Source of the DNA: Choristocarpus tenellus KU-1152
Taxonomy: Eukaryota; Protista; Phaeophyceae
Direction: 5' to 3'
DNA: 37,113 nucleotides
Assembly: GCA_964200185.2 (NCBI GenBank)
Contig: CAXNAD020000042.1
Span: 1-37,113 of the forward strand
Shown here: positions 1-11,900 of the stretch, in pieces
How the letters are laid out: every line of letters begins with the position of its first letter
Position numbering within the stretch: position 1 is the stretch's first letter
Made by a program: the position numbers and the translations under genes
The notes under the pieces: model-generated
Database searches by the model: none
Told to the model about the DNA's origin: nothing
The model's input: the letters and a program-made list of their open reading frames with translations, nothing else

Positions 1-260
1 AGGCACAGGGGAGAGGTGTGCCTGAGTAGCAGAGATGAATTGTTCTTGTGTAAAAAGGGTGGGGTGGGCCTGCCTACCTGTGCAACATTTGATGATTGGG
101 CTAAGGGTACGTGTGTAGCCGTGGGGTCTGGGCCTAAAGTTTGACCTTCAAAGTGGCCAACAGGGAATGATTAAAATATGATGAAGGCATCACAAGCCTG
201 GGCCTTGCTGGACAGGACAAATGCAAACCGCCTTTTCAACCAACCATCCCCTCAATAAGG
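1..260 (-). mobile_element. Decayed non-LTR RT thumb fragment
   Basis: Minus strand KGGLHL...ACDAF resembles the thumb motif GGLGL...AF. Possibly the continuation of 3780-4400. Confidence 0.3.
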
Positions 261-719
261 TTTGAAGAATACATTGTTAGACTACAGGTAGAAGGGAAGG
301 AAGGGTCAGTCTGATCATAGCTACAAGTATGAACCACTTTACATCTAGCAATGTCTATAGTAATGTCTCTGTTATCTTTGTCTCACAGTAGTCTGAGGCT
401 AGAAAAAACTGCTTTGACTCTGCATAGAATCAATCCGTGGTCAGAGGCACTACACAATACATCAGCACTCATTTTAGCTGCAAACGTTTCCACTGCTACT
501 ATTTGAACTGTCCTGAAAGTGTGTTGGCTTTCTCACATACTGGGTTCAGCTTTGCCTTCATCATCCCTCTGCCTCCTCCCTGGAATCTTGTCCAGCACTT
601 GCCTTACCATAGTGAATGAAGCCTTACCAACACAATTAAGGTTTTCCTAGCCCTTTCTTGTGGTTTAAGCACTGACAGGAGGTTAGAGGTGTGCCACATG
701 ATATGGCTAACCCTAACCC

Positions 720-3640
720 TTTCATTGAAAATGATATCTGACCTTGATGAGGTTAGATTCTGCATATTCCTATGACAGAGAAGCTGATAGATAGGCTTTC
801 ACTAAGCTATGTATGAGGATGCTCTAGCTGATATGTTAACTTGCTCACCACTAGGAACTCATTCTTAGGGGCAAAGGAGGTGGGTGGCTCAGAACCAGTG
901 TTGGAGGACATGGAGAAGGCCATCTGTGTGAGTGATATAATGTTTGTGTGAAAGCTGAAAAGGAAAACATCTAAGAAATCACCATGTTGATTTTTTTTTT
1001 AAATCCAAATAGAGATAAAGTACTGGTGGACAGTACTGGAGTATCGTAAGAAATATAGCATCACCATCGGGTAGTGGCATGGAAGGAACTGAACGGATTC
1101 TTCCTCATCCACTTGCATGGGGAGGTCACTCGACTGCAGTAGAGGTTCTTGATGTCAAGATGCTGCAGGGGACGGACCCCTAGGTAACTTTCATGGCCAT
1201 GGTTGACTGAGTTGGTCACATCACAATGATCAGGTACAAGATCCCAGTAACCTGCAAATTGCAATGCTGAGTCACTCGAGTGAAGAATATATTATTGAGA
1301 GAAGGACAACCTACAACGGTATTGGAAGAAAGGGAGAACAACAGCAACTATTGCAGAGGCTGCTCTAGCTGGACACAGGGTCACCAACATCAACCTTGAC
1401 AGTATCAAAATAGCAGGGACCAATCCTGAACAGCGTTTGAATAATGCTGTAGGTGTGACTCAAACAATCACAACAATAAAAGTTGCCCTTACAAAGAGAA
1501 GTTATCACAAATGTGTTGAGAAGGGCCACCTTGATGAGGACTGGAACAGTCAATGGATAGCAGCATTAGTCCACAACAAAGATTCAAGTTTTCCTTAGGC
1601 AAGGTGGCTGTGACAAAAAAGTTGAGAATGAGAGGATACGAGAAATTGTGTTGTGATATAGGTGCATCAAAGAATATGACAAGTGATGCAACCTATATAC
1701 ACAATTGCACCTTACCGCAACTACCATTTGCTTGATGATCAGGGCGTATGGGGAGGGGATACTTGAGCTAATATATTTGTAGGTCCTGAGAAGGATATTG
1801 AAGTAGCAGTGATGTGAGTTAGTTACATGCATGCTCAATGCTACCGTTAACCTCTTGTCCTCTCATTCCACCTGTTTGTTCGAAGGAGCATTTTTATCAA
1901 CATCCTGAATATCATCTCTGATTAGGAGTGTGCATCCCTCAACTTTTTGTGGGATGAACCCATGTACATACATCTGTTACTTACCATGTGTATCAGTTAA
2001 GCTGCATTGCTCACTCAAGCTAACGTAAATTCACCTTCAGGAACATTGATATCTTCCATTACATTTCTCAATATGATGGTGAGACTGCACATTAATATGG
2101 CAGGAGTGAGAATGACTCTATCTTCCAACACCACAGAAGGACTGCAATCTCCCTTCACCCCACGTGCAGTGTACTGCTGACACGATCCTAACAGTGGAGA
2201 AGCTTGGGGATGATGGGCACGATAGCTCCTTGATATGAGAGGACACAGGTGCTGGAGGTTAAAGAAGTAAAAATGATGGGCAGATGGCTGGACAACCATT
2301 CAAAAGCAGGAAAATATTCTGGAGTTGCGCTGGTGAGACGGCAATGACTGTATGGGATCCATGTTGTGAATCGTTTTGAAGTCGCTCTGTGTTTTACTGC
2401 TGATTTGAATCTACCGTTGTGTCCCTACCTACCCTACCTAGGCCTAGTTCAATATATTTGCATGTTCTGATGGTCCTTCAAGGTCATGAGTGTATCATGG
2501 CTTCTGGGCATATATAATTATTCCCTATGTGTAACATGTAAGAAGTCCCTTCATGTTTGGACCCCACTGTCCAGTCCACTGTCCAATCAGTACACTGTAC
2601 TGGTCTTTCAGGACATATTCTTGGCACAAGTGGACATGCCTGCACTTGATTGCCCTGATGGTTGCCATCTGGTATGCCATAAGCAAACCTATAGGTCGGA
2701 CATGGGCAATGTGGGAGAATTCTGGTCACACAGATTACAAGTCATTGTCATAAAAACAAAATTGGGAACATAAGGTTTATTTGCCCGGTGGAAGGCAAAT
2801 GATAGGTCATCTTTGATGGAGCTGCGGTTGTGTGTGAGAGGTGGGACACACTTTTGCCAATGATACGCATCATTGTTGGCAACTTCTCCACCGCCTACTT
2901 CAAGTGGTATTGGATAAGGTTTTTACCTGCTCTACACATGTCTAAAGTAGAAGAGGGACAAGAACCTAGTTTTGGTGATATTCCAACAGGCTTTCAATTA
3001 CGTAAGGTTGGAGGCTATGGCCTCAAAGTGCTATGCCTCATGGAAGCTTTGCAGATGCATCATGTAGCAAGTTCACACTGGAGGCCCTCACTATCTCCTT
3101 AGGATATGGGAGAGCTGAAACTCTTGAGAAAACTATACGGACCAAGGGATGTTGTAACAAGGGAGGGCAAGCAAAGGGAGGAGAGTACCTTGAGAGAAAA
3201 AATGGAACCCCTGAGGAATGGCGGTGTACTGCAAAATCAATAGAATGCTCAGGATGAACTGGAAACCAGAAATGGTGCCATGATGCAAGAGCAGGATCAA
3301 GGGCTGGACGGGGACCCAGTGACGATGGGGGAGAAAAAAATACCACCCAAATCATTCTCCAAGTCACACACCTCTCTGGTATCCCTCTTGTATGCTCTGC
3401 TAAATGCAGGATACGGGGACATCAATTTAGAGGATATCTTTCCTTTCCAGGAGGCCATCAACCTAGATGAGATAGGACACAATCCAAGGCAAGTGTGTGG
3501 TTAGGTTCTGTTCAGTATTTCAAACCATTTTCTTTGTGATGCGGATGCATACAATTGGGATTTGTTCTACAGGAGTAGTACGTAGTGTTGGGTGATGTTT
3601 TGCATCGAGAAGTATTTGGTACTATTAGGGTGTTCAAGGC
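720..3640 (+). mobile_element. Degenerate Ty1/copia LTR-retrotransposon relic (gag knuckles, protease, integrase, possible RNase H end)
   Basis: CX2CX4HX4C knuckle CCRCDSNNHNNKSC at 1445-1486 and a decayed second knuckle YHKCVEKGHLDEDW at 1503-1544. Protease DIGASKNMT...GEG...VNLLS at ~1650-1860 (copia DSGAS.HMT...NLLS). Integrase RSD..GEF.S (~2693) and ERWDTLLPMIR (~2836, cf. ER.NRTL..M.R). Many stops and frameshifts. No RT or LTRs recognised, and the ends are approximate. Confidence 0.7.
1920..2400 (-). mobile_element. Decayed non-LTR (CRE-like) reverse transcriptase fragment nested in the copia relic
   Basis: Minus strand reads DFK(NAFN)-like, LCPLISRSY, ARGVKGDCSP (cf. GV.QGDP..P) and a decayed LA(YLDD) site, in the correct order. 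Confidence 0.45.
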
Positions 3641-3738
3641 ACACACAGGAACACACACAGACACACAGACACAGACACACACAGAGAGACACACAAACAC
3701 ACACAGACACACAGGCACACAGGCACACGCACACACAC
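3639..3738. repeat. Imperfect (CA)n microsatellite
   Basis: cacacacag/gacacacac run. Confidence 0.95.
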
Positions 3739-3779
3739 TTCCCACAATGTAGGACTGGAGATACTTATAAGGTGTATTT

Positions 3780-4400
3780 GTAATGAAGATGGGTTCTTCA
3801 TAAGTTGTTTTGCCAAAGACACTCAAATGGATGGAATGCCACCTCAGGCTGCCATACGTAATGGCAATGTTAGGTTCCTCCTTTTCCATGAGTACGTGGT
3901 AAGGGAATCCTGTTTGGGGGAGACTGGTTTGGGCAAAGTGGGCATTCCCCATACAGGCAATGATCACTGTGATAGTGGAGCTGAGGGATGATACTGGGAA
4001 TGGAGGGTTGGTGGAAGGGTTCCAAACCTGCATGACGCAGTGTTTGTGTCATATTCGCTATGGTTTGAGGAGCTTCCATCAAAAGTGAACAACCATCTGA
4101 GTGTGGAGTTCTATGGCAAACTGGTGACTATGACTTGGATGAGCTAAGACTTGAGATACCATGCTTTATTGGGGATGTTGCATATGCCAGAAAGATCATT
4201 ATTTCAAGTCATTTGTGCTTCACAAATCAGGAGACAAAGAATGTGTACAGATATTTTTGTGTGAAGGTCAAGAGAATCGTGACTATGTACAAATAATTTC
4301 TACTCAGGAATATTGTACCACAAACCATGTGCTGAGTACAATTCAAGCTGAGAAATCATGTAAAAAATCCTGGTATGTTGATGCAACTATGTGACATGAT
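3780..4400 (-). mobile_element. Decayed non-LTR RT fragment (motifs 4-7)
   Basis: Minus strand: VHSHDSL (QGDPL-like), FLAYA, LRHAGLE, TVIIACMGNAHF (cf. VLG.PIG...F). Highly degenerate. Confidence 0.35.
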
Positions 4401-5149
4401 TTGTAGGTATCTATCATCAGTTCAACATGTATAAACGATTTGTCCCTATACCTGGAGAAAAGGTTAGTGTATATTGTTCATCTGTCCCTAGCTCATCTTC
4501 ACATACAGATCATATGTTATGACTTCAAATAAAAGAACAATCGTGTACAAAACTTACCTTGTTATTTAACAGAAAAGAACTATTGAGTACATGCTTAATA
4601 CTCATAAAATATTTGTGTATGAAGAATGTACAAATATTTGTCGAAACCACCCATCCTTCGCAGTATAAATAGGTTGAGTTAAATGCTCCCCTAATGATTT
4701 CTGGCTGTGAGTACAAATTGTACTCATCACAGTATCTGATTTGTCAACATCTCATGAGGTTGTTGGAGGATTTGTCAATCCCCTCTGTCAGAAACAAAAA
4801 TGGACACAAATGATTTGGGATATATTAATTGAAAGAGTTAGCTAAACCTTTGATTTTTGGGGACGTGCCACCAACGTGGACAACTCAGATGTATGTTAAG
4901 ATCAACCATTACATTGATTTGTGGAAATTGACTTGTATGCAATAAATCGGATTTGATTGTCCGACATGCGGGAATTTGTGACAAGGTCTCGTCCTCTACT
5001 TCCCATTATTGTTCAATCCTCCAGTAATGTGTTTGTGTGTGTGTTTTTTGTTGGAAAAACCCCTGTAAATATGTGTCTTTTTGTCCTCCTCATAACAAGC
5101 AAGAAAAAAACAAATCCCAAATCCCAAATCTAAATCTTATTTGAAACGG

Positions 5150-5900
5150 TATATAATATTCAGTCCTATTCACGTACATAAGGAGTCGCTCGCTCGCTCC
5201 CTTAACCGATCTCATCTTCCAGGTGACCCACAATTCATGGGTGGACTAGTTTCCACTGTGACCCGTGGTCGGGGTGATGGTTATGAAGATGAATTGCTGT
5301 GGGAAGAAGATAATAAGGTCCTCGCGAACAAGCTACACTTTTTCAGGCGAGGTTGATGAGAGAACTTGGGCATGGCAAGTCTTGAATAGTAGACTTCTTG
5401 TCAACTTTCATAACTTCACTATCCATGTCCCTGCAGACGTTGGCGGATAGAAGATACCGAGTACGTGGTGCAAAAGTTCCGCTCAATGGGCCATTTTCAA
5501 TCCAGTCTGTCGGCTAGACCCCACCCACTCACCGGTTCTTCTGGGTCGGTGGCGTCATTCTCCACGAAGGTTGGTGACCCATTGTCATACGCGCAATAAT
5601 TCACAGGACTGAAGGGCGTTGCCCCGTTGCTGTGTGGGGTTCCAGAAGGTGAAGCAATATAATGATAGAACTACCTATACGTTTCTCCTGAGAATGATAT
5701 TACACAATGCATGAGACCACCTTCATAGTACTCCGAAAAATTTGCAGGCACATGAGTTTCAACGCGTTCGTACAACCTGGGTGGAACTGATGCATGTGAT
5801 ACTTGATACTGAGGAGAAGAGAATACAATCTACAACGTGAGTCGAGTGTTACCCGCAATTCCAGCTATTCCAGGAAGGGGAGGCAAAGCATGTCCCCTAC
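5150..5900. promoter_or_regulatory. CpG-rich island, probable (bidirectional) promoter / 5' region
   Basis: About 24 CpG counted by eye in 5161-5640 versus about 3 in 1-480. It lies immediately 5' of the large gene. Confidence 0.55.
5790..5836 (+). CDS. Putative first coding exon (MHVILDTEEKRIQST)
   Basis: ATG at 5790. Strong donor AC|GTGAGT, phase 2, matches the acceptor before 5985. The exon could instead begin at the TTTGCAG acceptor (5748). Confidence 0.4.
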
Positions 5901-8900
5901 TCCAGGAAATAGGAGACCCATATCATTATTCCTGTTAACAGATGTACTCTGAGTATAGTTGTAATTTTTTGACCAATCCTTGAGGAGATGTTTACCAGGG
6001 TTACCTACCATGCCTCGCAGGAATAAAAGGCAATGGCATGTGGCGACGCAAGGGTATGCCATGATCAAGGACTGTGATTCAACCCCAGGATACTCTAGAC
6101 CGGTATCCTCAAAACCTGAGGACCAACAGTTTGATGGACACACTGATGATGATGAAAGTGATGAAGGCAAAGAAACATCAAATGCAGACTTAGGAAGAGA
6201 AGGCTATGCCAACAGAGGCACAACGAACCACAGCACGATAGGGTATGTTGGTGCTCCTTATGCACTTGTGTAGAGTCAAATAGGAATGATAAGTCGGCAA
6301 GGCCCTACCAATTTACTTCACTAGAAAGTGAACGTGCTGCAGTACGTTTTGTATCCTACTACAATGCCCAGATTTTTGTGACATCTCAAAACCAACCTGT
6401 GGGCAGGAAACACGTTGATGTCACAGGCAGACTAAGCTATGGTCACAGCAACATGGCAGATGCTTTCAATCCAGAATTCTTCAGTCCAGTTTTTTTTGGA
6501 TACTCAAGTGCTTTGGAGTTGGAGGCGGCAGAATCTGCAAAGAGGGTGAGAAATATAATACTTGTAACCTTTTTGACAAACCCCTTTCCACAACTGGTTT
6601 CAGAAATCTACCCCAAGTACATTTATCAATACGAGCGACAATCATTTCCATTGCACTTGACAATTGATAAGTACAACGTGTTTGAGTATGCAAGTAATTT
6701 GCTGATCTTGAGCTTGTTCATTCTTGCAATACTCCTGACATCTGGCTTAGAAGTGGAAGGATGATGTGTGTTATTGATGCCTACCATCAGCGTCGCTCTG
6801 AGTTGGAGCTTGAGGAGAATCGTATTTTGAAGAAGCAGAAGGACCATCGCAACAATATTCTCAACAAGATGAAAGAAGATGCCATGAAACGAAGGGAAGT
6901 CCGTGTTCAAAAGGTGGGAAGTTGCAAACAAAGGGTCATTTTGGAGTAGAATATTTACTGCCTGAATTGAACAAGGCACTCGTATATATATGCAGAGCAT
7001 ATAGTACAACCATGTATCCAAATGTAAAAAAAATAAGCTAACTCTGTGCATGTATCATGCATGATCTTCAACACCTTCATTTGTTGGTACCCAGGTGGAG
7101 CAGATGAAGGAAGATTTTGAAAAACTGAGCAAGCAACGCCGGTTGGAGATGGAAGCTGCAAGAAAGGCAAAGTGTATTCATGTACTGAGGATTGATGGGT
7201 TTAACTGCAAAATGATGTTAACTTGAGAGTTTACCAATAAATAGGGAATGCAAGTGCTACTCAGTTCTTGAGTGACTGACCCCTAATGTGATGCTTCTTG
7301 CACTTTTTCGCTAGATGCAGTTTTGTACGTAATAACTTGAACAATAAATTCAAGGTTCAATACCATAGTGAAAAGCAATCTGTTGAGCATGTTGTAAGTA
7401 CACTTCTTGCCTATAAATGCCAGAGAAGCAACTTTTCTTCATAGAATCGCTTTGTTGAGTTGTTCTCTAATAGCTCTTTGTGTTGATATTGATGTTGATT
7501 GCTCAACACACGCTTGGCACAGGTGTTGAGTGCAAACGATTTTCGTCTCATGGAGAATCAGTGGAACAAGGATGAAGCTGTAATAACACAGGCACAAGAA
7601 ACAGAGCTTACTGACAAGAAAACAAAGTAAGCTAAGGGATAATTATGGCTTAGAGTCAAGCTCTCTTCTTCATTTCCACAATTTGCTAGTGATGTTACCA
7701 ATCAGTGATTGTACAAGACACAATTCTTATCTTCATCACAAATTTGACATCAAATTGTCCAGATGCCATGAGGATCCCAAATTATAGCTCCTCAATGAGA
7801 CCTTACTCTTTGTACCTAGATCAAAAACTTCTGAGTTGTTGAACACAAAAATCTGTGTTATATCGGACACATATTTTTATTCATTGTGTTCTTGCTTTAA
7901 AGTGGATGGAAATGCTTTTTCAATGCCACACAAATGGAGAACAATTTTTATGACTAACCATCATCCACATCATTGTCAGTAGCACAGATAGAACCTGGTG
8001 TACTGATCCATGGAACACCTCCACATAACACATAACAATTGGTGCTGTGGTCATTGTCGTACTGTAAAGGAACTTGAGTGTGGACCAGCTCCTGCTCATA
8101 TAATCTGTGGTCATTTGCAGTACTGGCAAATTCGACTATAATAGTTCCACGCATGTTTGCACACGTTTGCAATACCTATGGTCCTTGGGGTTGAGTTCAC
8201 TTTTCCATTGAACAGAGTAAAGCAAAAGCAACAAGTAGACAATTTTGACAAAGTTCTGTCACTGTTGGTTGTGGACACTTGCAACAGCAAGGGTCAGAGA
8301 GGGCTTAGGACACTGCTAAACTTAGCCCATGGACCGTGACCCCACTGGTCTCTGCACATTCTCCAAGTGGCCATCTGAAACTTCATGTTTCCCATTCAAC
8401 TCCATATTGCAGATAGTTGTCACCCTTTTTGGTACTCATGATGTAGGGAGTTGAGAAAGTCATCAACTGGGGTTCAACATCTCAACACCTTATGTAGGTG
8501 ATACTTGGAGTTCTAGCACAATTTCATGATGACTACAATTTCTTGACAATAGTATATATTCTCTATACTTGTGAAGCAAGACAGCAGGCAGTTGATACTA
8601 TGTCCATCAATCAATACAAAAAATGACCAATCACTTCTGTCCTAGCATAGAAGTGCATGGAACATATGTGCGCAGTGCAGAACATTTTGAGGTACACCAC
8701 ATCAATATTAGATACAAGGTCAATGTGTATAGGAAACTATGTGAAGCCCTAGGGGATTTTTGCTACCCCCTTAATCTCGAAAAAGGGACCTAGTGAATGA
8801 AATTGGGTGATTTTGGATTTCCAGCAGGACTATATGCCAAGAAAAGGTGCTTAGGTACATGGATGGGCTGTGAGCATGCTTTCTTCTGTCCAAAGACATC

Positions 8901-11900
8901 AACCAGATAATGGAATCTTCATTGTTTTCAATTTATTCTTAATGATCATAACCAAATGCTCTTATGGCCACCAATTCGCAACTGTAACATTGCATAATAC
9001 ATCATGGTGGGAACTAGAATTATGAAGCACTGACCTTGAAATTGGTTATCACAAAGTTTTTAGCTTGTACAATCTAAACTTCTTATCCTTAAGTGCACAT
9101 GTTAGAATATTGATTGCAATAAGTAGTTGATGCTAATCTTGACCTACTGATCTTGTTTAGAAGACCATAGAAGGTATTCGATATAGTGTTGCGTTTTTTT
9201 TACTCTTTGGGGCCTTTGGTAAGGCCATCATCGCTTAGGATTAGGGTTAAAACATATAGCCATAACAGTAGAGGTGTACATAGTAGGTATGATAAACCTG
9301 GGTTGGCAAGTTGCTGTCCAACCTTTGGAGGGACTGAATGTGCTCTTGTCATGAAATAGCCTAAATGAAATAGGTGGTTGGTACCTAAGGAAAGGTGATA
9401 ATACCTCCTTACATGTCATGCATCCCCCAAAGCGCTATTTGACCAGTCCAGAGCAATGTTGAGCTTTCCATAGTTATCTAGGGTGAGTCCCAGGGCCAAC
9501 CATTGTTAAGGCCTTTATCTCAAAAAGGGGTCGCTTTCACTGAGATCAGAAAAAATTCCTTCATTGAAATTGTTCCTGTGAACTGAACCCTTCATCTAGT
9601 TTACCACATCTGCACAAACTACAACATTGCAACACTGCATGCCCAGTAGGTTGTGATTTAGCACCACTCACTGCTGACAATGATGTTCATTTTGTCAAAT
9701 TTCTCAGATTTGCTTTTTTAAATAGAGAGGATTTTTACTCTATACAGGAAATGGAGAACTTGATCAAGCATGTTGATATGGTAGAGGAATCAAGGGAACC
9801 AAAGGGTGAAGAGGTGAGGGTTTGGGGGTATAATATCAAAGCAGGTTTTTGGCGGGAGAGTTTGAGCAAATGCCAGGACATTACACACTGAGGATACGAC
9901 TCAACCCACCTTGATTAGGTTGTGAGGGTCAAGGCCGGGCAGGGTATTGGGTCACATCTTCTAATAGTTCATTTTAGCAGTTTTAGCACATGTCACTTGA
10001 TCTTGAGAAGAAAAGGTTAAGCACTCTTTCTGAAGGTTGACTGCTCACCCTAAAACATGCCCACTTGTTGTGATGGTATTGTGGAGACAGCTCCAAGTCC
10101 TGGCTCAGGAAGAGGTTGAGCGGGTAGCAAATAGCCTTAAAACTATCACCAGAGATATGGAGATGGCCCAGAAGGAGCTTCTTACTGGACAAACTGTGAG
10201 TAAATTAAATTGGGCTGTGAAATGATGAACTTTCAGTATGGAATTTGGTTGTTGCAAAGAGCCCATATCAACAAACCTTGAAGCTCTGTGGATTGGCCGA
10301 GTTTTGAGGGTCTGGAGCTTACCCTGAGATAGAAGTAAGTAGAGGCAATGTTTGTACTTGTTTGCGTTCTTTTTTAGCTGTGGGTTTTTCTCCTGAGTTG
10401 AAGAGCTGAATCAGTCCCAAAGGGTTGGTTTAAAAGTCTCTAGCATATCTGGAACCTGACCAAAAAATATTTTGTCTCTCAATTTTCAAAACTTGAATTT
10501 TATTGAGTTCATTGTTGCATGGTTAAATGGCTGTGGGAGGAGATCTCTAATCTGCCGACCCCACTTCATTCCCAAACATGCCCATTAAACTAATGAATCA
10601 TGAATCAGGCATCACTGTAGCAAAAACTATTTTACTACCGGTTCCCAATTTTGAACGAAAAGGAAAAGAAACCCATTAGCTACAAGTGGACTGACAAAAA
10701 AGTGAAATAATTGAGGATATGCTAGGTTTCATGGAGTATAAAGTTTTCATGAATTGATGAGTACATTCTGTATGATAACGACTAGAGTGCTCCAGATCAA
10801 CCCTACGGTGCTCCAGATCGCTGTGTATGACATTCATACTGCACAGGCCACTGCAGAGCCGAACTGCCTGATCTGTCCATATTGTTATTATTTTGGTTGT
10901 ATATATATATGTATGTATTTTTGATTTTGATGTCATGTATACTCACTTTTCAATGTTGAAATCGAGGATTTTGAAATCATTAACACTCTCTGCTCATGGC
11001 TATATATATTGAGGATTGTGGATATGCAGTCAGTGTGATATTTAGTGGTGTCTTTGTAGAGAAAAAGCAGGTTACATGTTATATGCGCCTCTGGGATGTG
11101 CTGTTGCCATCCAATAGATACCAGTATGATTAACCAACATTTTTTGTGTCCAAAGCCTTTTTCTGTTCACTCCCTTGTTGTATTATTTTATTTACTAGGA
11201 AATACGTGGAAAGATGAAATGGGCAGCTACAGAGGGTGCTATGGATGGTAGCCTCATCCTGCTGGAGGGAAGGGTCACCANNNNNNNNNNGGTCACCACC
11301 CTCCAAAGGGAGCTGAACTCTCTATTGAAGGAGCTAGAGGAGGTGCCTAGTAATTTATGCTTGCTTCTGTTGTTTACAGTTCCCTTTGACATCCTCTCAC
11401 TCAATGCAATAAAATAAAGCCAGTTGTGCTTACACTAGAGGGGCCTACCCTTCTGTTTCAAGTGCTCCAAGCTAGTTGAATCCGGGATGGAGAGCAACCC
11501 ATGACATGCGCCACCAATTTGAATTCACCAAGAAAGGTCTTATAGACCTGTGCGATTGATGGATTCTGTATCCAAACTTTGTCCTCATTTCTTCCACTTA
11601 TTTCCATCATCTATCACCTCTACATGCTTTATTCGATACTAATATGAGTATTAGAGCTTTGTGTGTGGCATAGACTGTCTACTCCAGTAGATTGTTGCTA
11701 TTTCAAGGGTGTGCGGGTATTGAAGTGTTGTTGTGTACAGACAGATATTGTATGTTTTGGACCTGGATTCAAATTTTTAGCAATTCTGCGCCCAGAATTT
11801 TTTTCATGGAAAAAAATGAACAAGCAATTCATGCAGGACAAAAACAATATACACTTGACTGCACACACACATAGTACCTTTGCTTTTTATCACCGGGATC

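Noticed and set aside
3512-4033. 173-aa minus ORF and overlapping His/Thr-rich or Cys/Val-rich ORFs
   Set aside because: These are translations of the (CA)n microsatellite plus a decayed TE, not genes.
5141-5356. + strand ORF as an upstream exon of the large gene
   Set aside because: No convincing phase-compatible splice path to 5748/5790 and no recognisable motif. Left unresolved.
7954-8172. STNCYVLCGGVPW as a copia RNase H motif
   Set aside because: Flanking motifs fit a non-LTR RT in the correct order better, and the RNase H resemblance is isolated.
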